DNA of 64,000 bases from Malacoraja senta (Eukaryota), in contig CM075990.1 of NCBI GenBank assembly GCA_038087875.1, positions 15,006,001 to 15,070,000 of the forward strand, written 5' to 3'. The position numbers and the translations under genes were made by a program. The notes under the pieces were generated by a model that was not told the DNA's origin, did not search any database, and was given only the letters and a program-made list of their open reading frames with translations. Below, piece after piece: positions 1 through 13,428 of the stretch; within the stretch, counting starts at the first letter, position 1; every line of letters begins with the position of its first letter.

Positions 1-1678
1 CCTATCCCCCACGCAAAGTTTAGAAGAATGAGTGGAAAAGCAAGGAACTGCAGATGCTGGAATCTTGAGCAGAACATGACGTGCTGCAGGAACTCAGTGG
101 GTCAGGCAGCATCTGTGGCGGGAATGGATTCAATTCAATCATACTTTATTGTTGCATGTACCTAGGTACAGTGAAATTCTTTGCTTATGCATACAATGCA
201 CCAAGTCCACAAAAGAGTCACCACATTTTATGGCACCAATAAAGTTACAAAAGTACTCATTGGAGTCATGTTGGAGTCCCTTTTCGTTTTGGGCATTCCT
301 CCCCCCCCCCCCCTTTTCGTTCTCAGCCACCTTCCTTTCCTCTTTGTTCTCTTCGGTCAACATTTTGGGTCAGAGCCTTTCTTCGGGCTGATTTGGTGAT
401 GTTTCAGGTCAGAACTTTTCTTCAAAAGATTGAGCGGTTTCATTGAAACTTACAAAATTATCGGACTGAACAGTTTCCCCTTGGTGTAATAGCTGGAATC
501 GGGGGGAAATAAGTCTGAAAATAAGGGGACAAGTTTCCTCACTCAAACACTGTTAAATCCCTAGCTGAGGGAACTCCCTGGTCGAGAAGTTAATGGAGGC
601 TCACTGATCCTTATCCTGATGAAGATTGATAGATAGTTTGATAGTAAGAGCATCAAGGGCTATGGGTTTAGTGCTGGATATTGATATTGAAAGTAATGGA
701 AAGACACAAAATGCAGGAGCAACTCAGCGGGACAGGCAGCATCTCTGGAGAGAAGGAATGGGTGACATTTTGGGTCGAGACCCTTCTTCAAATGTAAAGA
801 ATGATTTCTGATCTTACTGAATGGCAGGCGGGGGGTGATGGGCCGAATGGCCTCTTCCTTTTCTCGCGTGCTTGTCTTGCCATTTATTTAATTACATGGA
901 TCCTTGTTGTTTCTGCTATATTACATAAGTTACTACACTTTGAAAGTACTTAATTGGCGGTAAGATGTTTTAAAACACCTTGTTAAATAAGCTAAACTTT
1001 CTCTTATGGAAATAACAAGTATCAGTTGCTGTTTAAGTTAAACTAAAACAGGCGACTTGTATTCTGTAAAAGAATGTAGCATAATAATGAACGAAAGATG
1101 ACAGAAAACTGCAGGATTGATTACGCTTTTGACAATATAATGGATTTACACTTCAAGTGTTAAGTTTAATTTAATGCACTTTTTCTGAATTTCAGAGGTG
1201 GTTGTATGGATTTGAGAGAAAGTTAAGTACAACAGAAATTGTTGTGCATAACTGTGTGCAGAGCCAAGAACTGTTCACATACAGTTTGAAAGAAGAGTAG
1301 AGTTGGCCTTCGGAAAACATATTTTTGATTTCAGATTTTGATTTCCTTTGGAATGACCCAAATAAATGAACAATCAGAAAACCATTCTTGAGAAAGAGAC
1401 TCGAACCAAAATGTTGCCTATTCATTCCCTCCACAGACGCCACCTGACCCACTGAGTTACTACAGCACGGTTATTGTCTTAAGATTACAGCATCCGCAGT
1501 TCCCTTTGTCTCCAGAAAACCATTCAGCTAATTCAGAATTATAACAATATTCCAAATCGTGCTTCAACTTGTTGGAAAGTAAAGCCCAAAGGCGCAAATT
1601 GTTCAGAATTTTGTGAAGATCTTTGAATTGACTTTTGTAGAGTAAAATGGGATAACATAGAACTAGTGTGAAAGGGTG

Positions 1679-1806
1679 TTAAAGAAGGAACTGCAGATGC
1701 TGGAAAATCGAAGGTACACAAAAATGCTGGAGAAACTCAGCGGGTGCAGCAGCATCTATGGAGCGAAGGAAATAGGTAACGTTTCGGGCCGAAACCCTTC
1801 TTCAGA
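1679..1806 (-). mobile_element. Penelope-derived mini-element with a hammerhead-core motif, inserted in a V-SINE tail
   Basis: The minus strand reads CTGAAGAAGGGTTTCGGCCCGAAACGTTACC...CATCTGCAGTTCCTTC, matching the terminal repeat of the PLE at 16.1 kb. It is flanked by a duplicated GTGAAAGGGTG. Confidence 0.8.
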
Positions 1807-1852
1807 GTGAAAGGGTGATCGATGGTCGGTATGGACTCGATGGGTCTGGTTT

Positions 1853-2095
1853 TGTTTAGAGATCCAGCATGGAAACAGGTCCTCTGGCCCACTGCGTCCA
1901 AGCCAACCAGTGATCACCCATACATTAGTCCCATCCTACACAGTAGGGACAATTTACAGAATCCCAGGCGTCTATGGGATGTGGGAGGAAAGTGGATCAC
2001 CAGGAAGAAATCCACATGGTCACAGGGAGAGCGTGCAAACTCCGCACGGACTGCACTTGAGGTCAGGATTGAATCTGGGTCTCTGGCAGTGCGAG
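1853..2095 (-). mobile_element. HE1-like V-SINE, decayed
   Basis: Has the ACAGCATGGAAACAGG-like tail and the GTCACAGGGAGAGCGTGCAAACTCC core shared with the other copies. Confidence 0.75.
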
Positions 2096-3477
2096 GCATT
2101 GTTGGCTGTACCAAGTTGGTGCATTTTCATCAGAGCAATACTGGGACTCGGGGCCACTGCCATAGGTACTGAGCAACTCATTGTACTGGTGGAGTTCAGA
2201 ATTAATAACTCATTTGGAGAGGTGAGCAAAGAACTGGAAAAAAAAGTATGTTTAACACATGACATTATCTCATATGGAAACTGCAAAGCCTCGAGCATTT
2301 AAATATTATATATAGTGAACAAGGGAAAGCTCTAGAAGCAAGAAGAGATCCTTCATGGGACAATGTGGATGTTTGTTACTGTGGAGTCACTTTCGAATCA
2401 AGTGATTAATTTTCATATGTACCGACAATGGAACAATAAAATTCTTACTTGTAGCTGCTTAACAGTATGTATACACAATAACATGGGTAATATATAATAA
2501 TCAAAAATTTAATAAATTAATAACCATAGTTATAAGTAGTCATAATAGTGCAAAAATGTGTGTGTGTGTGTGTGTAGGATAGTGCTAGTGTACAGGAAGC
2601 AGTGGTTGGCAAGGGCTCGGTGAGCTGAAGGGCCGGTTTCCGCACAGTATCTCTAAAACTAAAGCCAAAAACTATAGTGGACTAATTTCAGAAAATTCCA
2701 AGGACGGTGAGCAGTTTGGATCTTTTTTTTGAATGGAGCAATGCTCTGGAACTGCTGCAATGCATCGAGTTTCACTTTGATTACTGAAGGGTTGGGCGAT
2801 AGCAAGCCATTGAAATTGGTCATCAGCATAAATAATGAGCGAATGAACTGATAAAATGCAAACTTGCTAACCATCATAAATCAAATGAAATCCACTTTCT
2901 CTGGAAGTCACTGAAATTAGACATCCATGCTCCTATTAATTATGCTGCCTTCTGAAAACGACAGCGTTATAAATCAGCCTTGAAAGGCACTTCACTTAGC
3001 AGGCTGAAGGAGTGAGGCTGCTCACAAATTGCTTTGTATATGCACTTAATTGTTTCTTAAATAATCCACCTTTGTAAGCAGCTGCATAACCTAAAGCTTG
3101 CTAAAATGTTGCATTGCATCAGTTGTGTATCCACTGCAAGTGAATTAAATGGTTCAAACAATATTATTGTTTTGACTGGGTCACCGAGGGCTGACTGCTT
3201 TGCCCAGTGAAATAATGGCTTTTGAAGGGAGTTGAGTGACAAATTATTTTCTCTGTTTTCGTTGAGCTTCATGGAGAAATGCAGCCACTGCCAATGACCA
3301 TTATTTAAAAACGTACACCATTCTTCACTATTTTCTTGGTTGTTGGCAACTATCTTGCAATAAGCCGAACCAAAGGTTATTTTGATGAATCTAATATGCT
3401 CTATCTCAGCACAGTTGTGATAGAATTTTGATTTGGGTCAGAATTTTTGTGTTGTGCGGGGAGGAACTGCAGATGCC

Positions 3478-3845
3478 AAGTCAAGTCAAGTGAGTTTATT
3501 GTCATGTGTCCCTGATAGGACAATGAAATTCTTGCTTTGCTTCAGCACAACAGAACATAGTAGGCATTGACTACAAGGCATTCTATAAATATATACACAC
3601 ATGAATCAATATACTGATAAAGTGCAAATAACAGTTAATTGGCTAATAAAGTTCAGTGTTTTGTCCGAGCCAGGTTTAATAACCTGATGGCTGTGGGGAA
3701 GTAGCTATTCCTGAACCTGGTCATTGCAGTCTTCAGGCTCCTGTACCTTCTACCTGAAGGTAGTAGTGAGACGAGTGTGTGGCCAGGATGGTGTGGGTCC
3801 TTGATGATACTGCCAGCCTTTTTGAGGCAGCGACTGTGATAGATC
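3478..3845 (-). mobile_element. Rex1/Babar-type LINE 3' fragment
   Basis: (CAAGT)n tail plus TTTATTGTCAT. Highly similar to 57633-57951 and to the reverse of 54895-55230. Confidence 0.75.
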
Positions 3846-3886
3846 CTAGTTTATACCAAAGATGGACACACAAAGTGCTATGGTAA

Positions 3887-4243
3887 AGGGCCTGTCCCAC
3901 TGTACGAGGTAATTCAAGAGTTCTCCCGAGTTTTCCCCTGATTCGAACTCGGAGAATGTCCGTAGCGGGTCCGTAGGAGTTCGTGGATGTCTCGTAGCGG
4001 CTCGTACGAGTAAAAAGTAACAATTATTTTCATCACGAGTATTTTTCTACTCGTGGGCATTTTTCACAGTGTTGAAAAAACGTCACGAGTTTACCGGATT
4101 TCCCGAGTACATGCCGTTACTCGTAGAAGCCGCTACAAGACATTCACAAACTCCTACAGAACCGCTACGGACATTCTCTGAGTTCGAATCAGGGGAAAAC
4201 TCAGGAGAACTCTTGAATTACCTCGTACAGTGGGACAGGCCCT
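3887..4243. mobile_element. PIF/Harbinger-like MITE
   Basis: Long terminal inverted repeats (TIRs) starting AGGGCCTGTCCCACTGTACGAGGTAATTCAAGAG. TAA TSD at 3884-3886 and 4244-4246. Splits a Penelope-derived fragment. Confidence 0.85.
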
Positions 4244-4382
4244 TAACTTAGCGGGTCAGGCAGTATCTCTGGAGAAAAAGGATGGGTAACCTTTCTGGTC
4301 GGAAGCCTTTTTCAGACTGAAAGTAGAACAGGGGGAGCTGGAAGTAGGAAAAGGCCAGGAGAAAGCAGAACCGGCAACAAAT

Positions 4383-4635
4383 GACCCGGGTTCGATCCTG
4401 ACTACAGGTGCTGTCTGTGCGGAAGTTGTATGTTCTCCCCGTGACCTGCGTGGGTTTTCTCTGGGTGCTCTGGTTTTCTCCCACATTCCAAGGATGTAAA
4501 GGTTTGTAGGATAATTGGTTTCGGTAAAATCCCTGGTGTGTAGGGTAGTGCAAACGTACAGGGTGATTGCTGGCCGACGTGGACTTGGTGAGCCGAAGGG
4601 CCCGTTTCCACGCTGTGTCCCGAAAGTGTCTAAAA
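4383..4635 (+). mobile_element. HE1-like V-SINE, 5' truncated
   Basis: B-box GGGTTCGATCC, V-domain-like TGTTCTCCCCGTG, and GAAGGGCCCGTTTCC tail. Confidence 0.8.
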
Positions 4636-4814
4636 ACAAAAGAATTGTGCATGTTTCATTCGGTTCACCTCAGGATTTCTCAACAGAAGAGAGCAATGAC
4701 CTAAGAACGTGCTCCTTCCTCTTCAGATGACCTCTTTGTAATTGGAATCAATTTTATGAACATCTCTGCATCAACTCCATAGCAAGAAAATCATCTTAAG
4801 TATACAGATCACTG

Positions 4815-4955
4815 TAGACAATAGACAATAGACAATAGATGCAGGAGTAGGCCATTTAGCCCTTCGAGCCAGCACCGCCATTCAATCTGATCATGGCTGA
4901 TCATCCCCAATCAGTACCTCGTTCCTGCCTTCTCCCCATATCCCCTGACACTGCT
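4815..4955 (-). mobile_element. CR1-clade LINE 3' UTR fragment
   Basis: (TAGACAA)n tail plus GCAGGAGTAGGCCATT...GCCATTCAAT, as at the 3' end of the 11.8 kb LINE. Confidence 0.75.
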
Positions 4956-7550
4956 ATTTTTTAACTTGGTTGACACAGTAGTGTTTTCAACTTGGTTGAC
5001 ACATAATCCCTGTACAACTTATTGGCTGCTTTGCGTGAATGGATGTGAGTGCATTATAGGAATGCATCTTTTAATTTGTGTAATTGGAGCTATGATGAAA
5101 ATCCCTTATACATTTGCAGTGTTGGGTTGCCATAAGGAATATCAAATATGCACTGATCCTGTTTAATTAAAAAAATATATGATTAGAAAAATATATTTGA
5201 TCCTCAAGCTTAAAATTCAATTGAGGTAATATACTAGAGCACCAGAAATTGTTAATCATTTTATTAAATTATCATCAATAAGTGTTATTATAATGTTAAA
5301 AAAATAAAATCTCTTTTGTTTTTGTTATAGTTGTACAACACCTAAACACACCCTTCGGCCCATCATGTACAAGGCAACCATCAAGTACCAATCAATGCTA
5401 GTCCTTTTTACTGCCACTTGGTCCATAGTCTACTGTGCTTTGTCAATACAAGTGCTTGAGCAAAAAACAAACTGCTGGAGAAACTCAGTGGGTCAGGCAG
5501 CATCTGTGGAAGGAAATGGATAGGTAACATTTTGGGTTGGGATCTTTGTTCAAGCAAGTGGTTTTCCAGAAACTGTTTAAATGTTATGAGATTATCCATC
5601 CTGGCCACAGGTAATGTAGTCCAATTCTAATCCCTATTCGAATCGGGGGGAAAACTCGGGAGTTGATGAAAAGTCTGTCCTTGCATCCCCTCTCAACCTA
5701 CTGACCCTTTACATTAAACCTACGCCCACTTGTTTTAGACCTTTGCTTTGGTTAAGCCATCAAATGTAACTTTTTATTCAGTACACATTAAAAATGCAGG
5801 AATTAATTATCTGTTGTCTGATGCGCTGTTGCAGTAAGAGATTTAGTTTTGTTTAAAACATCTATATACTTGCTTGCAATGGTGTTATTAAATTTCTGTG
5901 ATCTGATTTAAAACTTTGCCCAGTTGAGATGCTAAAATTCTTCATTGAAGTGGGGCTAAATATCCTTTATTTCCAAATGGGTTGTAATTTTTCTTTTAAT
6001 TATTTAGTCGTAATCAGTGCCAAATGAGTAAACTCACAGTGATCCCAGAATGGTGCGGGAAAATGAAAATGGATAAGACATTCTACTGGATCAGTAGGTG
6101 GTGCTCTTCTGAGGCTGACTTCTTAAACTCAGCTGAAACAATGAGGTGGAAGAAACTGCTTTACGAGTACTGTGCTATAGGGAATTTTACCATTTTATTC
6201 CACACTGTGCCCTCACCTCAAGCGTTCAAGTTCATGAAAACGTATGATATTAACCGCTCTGAGCAGCTCGTCCATTAATTCCCTTCATTGTGAAGTGGAA
6301 TTGCAAATAAAAATGTGTGTGAATAGCCCAGAGGGTTTATGAGTATCTAATTATGAAACCAATGACTGGATATATACATATAAAACTTTTCAAGAATACA
6401 TAGAAAACTTAATGTATGTTAACTTTGCTACAAGCATCACTTAGCATGAAATTGTGGTTTTCCAGGCTGTTTAACACTACAGTAGTCATTAAAATTAATT
6501 CAGTGCTTACTTTATGCAAAGATGGCTGTAAACTCACTAATTTCAGAAAAGCTGGATAGTTTGCTGTAGATAATTCAATAGTGTAAAATTACTTGAGATA
6601 GCTGGTGTAAAGAGGTACAATATGAAGGGGGAAAGTTGATAAGTTTTGTTAAGAGGCGGGCGATATGTCCTTGGACTGACACTCCACGCTGACATTTGTT
6701 TCCCTTTAAATAATAAGCTGTACATCTAAGAGAGTGATGGTGGGTTGTTTGTGACATTGCCTCTCAACCAAGGTTACTGGCTCCAGGACACCGAGTCTCT
6801 CTCTCCGACTGTCAATAACCATCTACTTGTCTGAGTAATGGCTACTTTCTGCAAGGAATTACTGACTCTCAATTCACACCAGAGTGTTTTTATTTCTATC
6901 ACCATCTATCCCCACCCATTTAAACATGTTATGATAAATAACATGCTGCCCAGTAGTGCACTTGTTCCCAAAGTAATTCATTATTCGCATTCTTCTTGAA
7001 TTTTATAGGAAATTTAGATTGTATTCAATGCATTATGTGCTGAACAAATGCGATCAATATTTACGTTTTATTCTGAAATTTTTATTCTGAAGTTGCTGAG
7101 ATTATTTTTAAAGTAAAGCTTTACATATATTGTGGTAGTGAGGCTGGATCTTCAACAGATTCCTTAATTGATAAAGTTGATAGAGTCATGCAGTATAGTA
7201 TGAACCCTTCAGTCCACTATGTCTGTGCCAAGCACTTATACTAATTTGCACTAGTCCTACACTAACCCCAGTGTGGCACTTTTGGGGTGAGTGGTAGAAT
7301 ATGGGGGGGGGGGGGGGGGGGAAGGGAGGTGGTTGTTGGGAATGTGAGGAGAATAACCACATCCCAAAGACGTGCAGGTTCATGGGTTAGTTGAACTCTG
7401 TAAATTGGCTTCTGTGTATAACAAATAGATGCAAAAGTATGATAACATTGAACAAGTGTGAGTGGACTCTGATACAGTGATGATGTATCTTTCAATTATA
7501 TGGGATTAGTGTAGTCTTCTTCTTATCAAGTCCACACACAAGATTAGAAG

Positions 7551-7733
7551 GTACACGAAAATGCTGGAGAAACTCAGCGGGTGCAGCAGCATCTATGGAG
7601 CGAAGGAAATAGGTAACGTTTCGGCCCGAAACGTTACCTATTTCCTTCGCTCCATAGATGCTGCTGCACCCGCTGAGTTTCTCCAGCATTTTTGTGTACC
7701 TTCGATTTTCCAGCATCTGCAGTTCCTTCTTTA
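7551..7733. mobile_element. Palindromic Penelope-derived mini-element
   Basis: About 75-bp inverted arms centred on TTTCG-GCC-CGAAA. 15-bp TSD ACACAAGATTAGAAG at 7536-7550 and 7734-7748. Confidence 0.85.
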
Positions 7734-7835
7734 ACACAAGATTAGAAGTTGTTCAGCCAGAGATGAACACACTTCTCGGCATTTGCATACAATGGTGTCT
7801 GTCTTGTGCTTCTTGTGCTTCTTGTGCGTGGTGGT

Positions 7836-7887
7836 GGAAAGATTGGTGAAAACAGGGCCGTGACGTGAACGCTCTTTCCTTGACCCC
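7836..7887 (-). ncRNA. HDV-like ribozyme fold, family B (one P3 mismatch)
   Basis: GGGGTC-AA-GGAAAGA-GCG-TTCACGT-CAC-GGCCCT-G-TTTTCA-CCAA-TCTTTCC maps onto P1/P2/P3/L3/P3/P1/P1.1/J4-2/P2. Confidence 0.7.
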
Positions 7888-10624
7888 ATTAGTGTAGTAA
7901 AACACAATAGTTCATAAGTTATAGGAGCAGAATTAGGCCACTTGGCCCATCAAGTCTATTCCGCCATTCAATCATGGCTGATATATCTTTACCTCTCAAC
8001 CCCATTCTCCTGCCTTCTCCTCATAAACCCTTACACCCACACCAATCAAAAGTGCAGGTGAAGAAACACACATGGCTGTAATAACAAGTCTGGGTTATGG
8101 CATTGAGCAGAGAGACAGCTTTCCAGTGAAAGATCGACACAAAATGCTGGGGTAACTCAGTGGGACAGGCAGCATCTCTGGAGAGAAGGAATGGGTGATT
8201 TTTTTGGATCTAGACCCTTCTTCAGACTGATCCAAGTGCTTGCTTGAGGCCATGCTGGAAGAAATGTCTGCTCGTTGAATCTTCAGAAGAGCTTTTCAAC
8301 CATATGATAGATCAAATGAGATCAAAAAGGTTTCTTTTGAGACTCTGTAGCTTGGGAAAGCTTTCTCGTGCACTGAAAAGTCGTCAAAATGTCTATTTAA
8401 GTTTCATGGTTCCTCTTCAATGGAGTGATTGTATCTGACTCCACCACCATCTCTGGCAGTATGTTCTAAATATCAAATGTGTGTATAAAAAAACTTACTA
8501 TTCATTTCTCCTTTAAAACACCTTCCTCTCATCTGAAACCTTTGCCCTGTCATTTTTGATACCCCTACCATGAGAGACAATGTCTGACTATCTACTTTAC
8601 CCACGCCTCTCATAAATTCATACTCTTCTGAGAGAAGCTATTTAACCCTTTCGAATCAAAAATCGAACCCCTTTTAATCCGTCCTAGCAAAACAAAGATA
8701 TTTGCATTAAATCGCTTTGAGTACAGTGAACAAGTCGTAGTCATATAGGATGGAAACAGGCTCTTTGGCCCAACTTGCCCATACCGGCTAAGCTGCGTTT
8801 GTGTTTTTTATGACTGTTGGCAGATCAATTTCCCTCCTGGGATAAATAGAGTTCTATCGTATCATATTGTTTAATGTCGTATATCACTCTAAACATTTCC
8901 TATCCATGTACCTATTCTAAAGCCTTTTCAATATTGTTATTTGTACCTGCCTCAACTACCTCCTCTGGCAGCTCATTTCATCTCCCCAGCACACTCTGTG
9001 TGAAAATGTTGCCGACAGATTCCTATTAAATCTTTCCTCTCTCACCTTAAATTATTCTTTTTAACCTTCACCACCATTTTGGAAAATTCATTCCACTTAA
9101 TGTTCAAATTGTTTGCAACGTTAACAAAAATCTAAGTCTGCTCTTGACTTTATTCTAATGTGTAAACTGAGCCGCTATATGAATGGTGGGCTGCAAGGTT
9201 TGTTTGTATTTGTAGTTATGATTCCTTGGTTCAGCAGTGATATACACAAGAATAGTTCAGGTTTTGCTTGCTAAAAACAGGTACTGATCTATGACCTTAA
9301 GTACCCGAGAGCCATAATTTAATAGAAGCAGCAGAAATGTTGTTATGATGCCAAAATCATTATATTTTTCTCTTAGTCTTCTATCAACTGTAATTACCAC
9401 AAAGAGGAGTCCAATTTGCTTGTTTTTTGAAATATATTTTTTGCAGCTGTTGAAAATCTGTTGGAGTGAAATGATTTCTGAGCCTGTTCGGCTCAAGGTC
9501 AGATGATACCATTCAGTTATAACAAGGAGTGAATAAGCTGGGATCTGTCAACCATGACGTAGAAAAGAACAGTAATGTACAGTTCATGAATTAAAACCTG
9601 TCACTTTTTTTCAGACGCCACTGGCCAACTTGTCAAACTTAAAACTTTCAGTCGTGATGTCTGTCACATCACTTTTAACAAATTTGAACCTCGTGCGTTC
9701 CTGTATTTGAACCAGCTGGTAGGAAAATGGCATGACTCTTGGTTAAATATTGCGTGAAAATCAAAAATGAAACAAGGTTTTGTGATGGATCTAATTCTAA
9801 TCTATTGGAAGACCCCAATAATCAATGATAAGATGTTGCTTCATTAGCTACTTTTAGCTCTGAATGATTAAAAATGGAGATGATCTCTTGAGATTTCAGT
9901 AAAATTCAGATTTTGGCCGGAACTTTTAAATGAAATGCAATGTAGAGCAGGTGTAATATAACTTGGTTCACTTTTGACGTGTTTGTACGTCCAGGTGCTA
10001 GAACTATTGAAAGCTTGTTTAAGGGTCAGTTTAATTAACAGCTGCCCTTTTTCTGTGGATGTCATAAAGTGTGCTATTATCATGAAGTGCCCGGGTGCCT
10101 TTGTTAAATTCCAGCAGCTGGTGACAGCTTGGCAAATTATGAGTTTCCTGGTTTAAACCAGTCTAAATTGCAGACAAAACAAACCATCAGCTGTGCAAAT
10201 ACTGCACCTCTGTTTGGCTTCACAAGAAGAAAGAGATTAGAATGAGTACTTAGTGATCATAATTACTGGTAAGAGGCAAATACTAGGTTCAGTCAGACTA
10301 GAGATTGTTTCATTATATCCAATTAACACCCACTAGATTATTCCTAATTACTGCTGTTAGAGGAGTAGAGATGTCATACTCCAAACATGTAAAAAGCACA
10401 TGGGTCATTGATAACCATATGGTAATATCGATTGGTTCTGGTCTTAAATTGCAGCATTTGTCTTAAATTTTCACCGTTCACACTTAGCATTGATTCTGAT
10501 AACACAATTTTGGGATGGAGAGTCACTTGTCTGTGCAACGGAATGTTAAAAGTGGTCAGGTTAAAGTGGAATTTATCTTTAACCATCTCTGATTAAATGG
10601 TTCAATAAGTTATTTTAATTTGGT

Positions 10625-10784
10625 AGACAAAAATGCTGGAGAAACTCAGCGGGCGAGGCAGCATCGTCCCCTATCTGTTTCGTTACCTATTCCTTCGCTC
10701 CATAGATGCTGCCTCACCCGCTGAGTTTCTCCAGCATTTTTGTCTACCTTCGATTTTTCCAGCATCTGCAGTTCTTTCTTAAAC
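10625..10784. mobile_element. Palindromic Penelope-derived mini-element
   Basis: Inverted arms AGACAAAAATGCTGGAGAAACTCAGCGG. 13-bp TSD ATTTTAATTTGGT at 10612-10624 and 10785-10797. Confidence 0.8.
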
Positions 10785-11146
10785 ATTTTAATTTGGTGTA
10801 CATGTTGATTCAAGAATTAGGCAGCAGTTTTCTTTAAAAAAGATTTAACATCTGTATATCAGGGCAGAGGAAAAGTTACCACGACAGGCACATGTATTCA
10901 TCTTCGGTTTTGTTATCTCCAAGCTCTTCACGGTGCATTGTTTCTGTCTTTCTACAGCCAAATCCTGAGTTTTTTCCAGAGATGCTGCCTGACCTGTTGA
11001 GTTACTCCAGCACTTAGTGTCCTCAATGTTTGTTGAATGGACATTTGCAGTTACGAGCAAATCTCCATAGGAATGTTTAAAAAAAAACTCTAATATCAAA
11101 CATTGTATTTTGGGAAATTTCTGTGATTAGCAATGGAGGTGAGGGG

Positions 11147-11435
11147 GGGCGGCATGGTGGAGTTGCTGCCTTACAGTGCCAGAGACCCGGGTTCAATCCT
11201 GACTATGGGTGCTGTCTGTATGGAGTTTGTACGTTCTCCCCGTGACCATGTGGATTTTCCCCAGATGCTCCGGTTTCCACCCACGTTCCAAAAACGTAGG
11301 CTAATTTGGCTTCAGTAATAATTGTAAATTGTCCACGGTTTGTAGGATGGTGCTAGTGTATGAGGATTGCAGGTCGGCGTGGACTCGGTGGGCCGAAGGG
11401 CCTGTTTCCACAGTGTATCTCTAAACTAAACTAAA
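11147..11435 (+). mobile_element. HE1-like V-SINE, near full length
   Basis: tRNA-like head with B-box GGGTTCAATCC, core GGAGTTTGTACGTTCTCCCCGTG, LINE-derived tail and (CTAAA)n. Confidence 0.85.
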
Positions 11436-11788
11436 GCAAAAACCTTCTGTTTGAATTGATGAGATTATTGTAGTTTTGAACACAACGTGCTGGAGAAACT
11501 CAGCGGGGCACGCAGCATCTCTGGAGGACAAGGAAAGGCGACACTTCAATTGGAACCCTTCAGAACTCTTTTTCAGTCTGAAGAAGGGTTTCTTTCCATG
11601 TCCTCCAGAGATGACCTGTTGAGTTACTCCAGCAGCACTCCAGTTATTATTCTTTCTGTCTTCACTTAATTGTAGTTTTTGGCTGGGTTAACAAAGCCTA
11701 GGTGTGACCAAAGTGGGTGGCAGAGAGATATAGTTGGGACACTATTCAGAAAATGAAGGAAGATGTCACTATATTTAAGGTGAATGTT

Positions 11789-12940
11789 ATAGATACATAG
11801 ATACATAGAAAATAGGTGCAGGAGTAGGCCATTCGGCCCTTCGAGCCTGCACCGCCATTCAATACGATCTTGGCTGATCATCCAACTCAGTATCCCGTAC
11901 CTGCCTTCTCTCCATACCCCCTGATCCCTTTAGCCACAAGGGCCACATCTAACTCCCTCTTAAATATAGCCAATGAACTGGCCTCAACTACCCTCTGTGG
12001 CAGAGAGTTCCAGAGATTCACCACTCTCTGTGTGAAAAAAGGTTTTTCCTCATCTCGGTCTTAAAGGATTTCCCCCTTATCCTTAAGCTGTGACCCCTTG
12101 TCCTGGACTTCCCCAACATCGGGAACAATCTTCCTGCATCTAGCCTGTCCAACCCCATAAGAATTTTGTACGTTTCTATAAGATCCCCTCTCAATCTCCT
12201 AAATTCTAGCGAGTATAAGCCAAGTCTATCCAGCCTTTCTTCATATGAAACTCCTGACATCCCAGGAATCAGTCTGGTGAACCTTCTCTGCACTCCTTCT
12301 ATGGCTATAATGTCCTTCCTCAGATTTGGAGACCAAAACTGTACGCAATACTCCAGGTGTGGTCTCACCAAGACCCTGTACAACTGCAGTAGAACCTCCC
12401 TGCTCCTATACTCAAATCCTCTTGCTATGAAAGCCAACATACCATTCGCTTTCTTCACTGCCTGCTGCACCTGCATGCCTACTTTCAATGACTGGTGTAC
12501 CATGACACCCAGGTCTCGCTGCATCTCCCCATTTCCTAATCGGCCACCATTTAGATAATAGTCTGCCTTCCCGTTTTTGCCACCAAAGTGGATAACCTCA
12601 CATTTATCCACATTATACTGCATCTGCCAAACATTTGCCCACTCACCCAGCCTATCCGTCACCTTGCAGTCTCCTAGCATCCTCCTCACAGCTAACACTG
12701 CCCCCCAGCTTAGTGTCATCCGCAAACTTGGAGATGTTGCTTTCAATTCCCTCATCCAGTTCATTAATATAAATTGTAAATAGCTGGGGTCCCCGCACTG
12801 AGCCTTGCGGTACCCCACTTGTCACTGCCTGCCATTGTGAAAAGGACCCGTTTACTCCTACTCTTTGCTTCCTGTTTGCCAGCCAGTTCTCTATGCACAT
12901 CAATACTGAACCCCCAATACCGTGTGATTTAAGTTTGTAT
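11789..12940 (-). mobile_element. CR1-clade LINE (HER1-like), 5'-truncated RT C-terminus plus 3' UTR, frameshifted
   Basis: Encodes [33 protein letters not shown] and RGDLIETYK in frameshifted ORFs (12652-12966 and 12018-12818). Has an 8-bp (ATAGATAC)n tail. Confidence 0.95.
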
Positions 12941-13137
12941 CCTAATGGGGAATCATGTTTGTTCATCCCAACATCATGGGCATTTGGAGGGTCATTGGGA
13001 CCTTTGATTATTGCAACAGAAGGGTAAACTCAGTCTTCAAAAAAAAAATCATAAGTCAAGCCAAATGAAAGTAATTTAAAACCAAATAATTGAAACCTTG
13101 AATAATTTGATGCTCAACATGCCCATTCCTCGTTTAT

Positions 13138-13428
13138 TTTTAGAGATACAGTGTGGAAACAGACCCTTTGGTCCACTGAGGCCACGCCGATCAGCAACTA
13201 CCTGTAGACTAGTTCCATCCTAAATCCAGGGGCAATTTACAGAATCCAATTAACCTACAATCCTGCACGTCTTTGGAACGTGGGAGGAAGCCGGAGCACC
13301 TGCAGAAACCCCACATGGTCACAGGGAGAACATACAAACTACATACAGATAGCACCTGTAGTCAGGATCGAACCCAGATCCCTGGCGCTCTAAGGCAGCT
13401 ACTCTTCTGCTGCACCACTATGCCGCCC
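13138..13428 (-). mobile_element. HE1-like V-SINE
   Basis: Reverse-complement match to 11147-11435, including B-box GGATCGAACCC. Confidence 0.85.

Larger units (their letters stand above)
7516..7887 (-). mobile_element. Short retroposon family B (HDV-like head, GAA tail), interrupted by a Penelope hairpin
   Basis: 11-bp TSD ATTAGTGTAGT (7505-7515 and 7888-7898) and a (GAA)n tail on the minus strand. Homologous to 59663-59818. Confidence 0.85.

Noticed and set aside
11147..11215. tRNA gene
   Set aside because: It is the tRNA-derived SINE head, with no complete cloverleaf, and continues into the SINE body.
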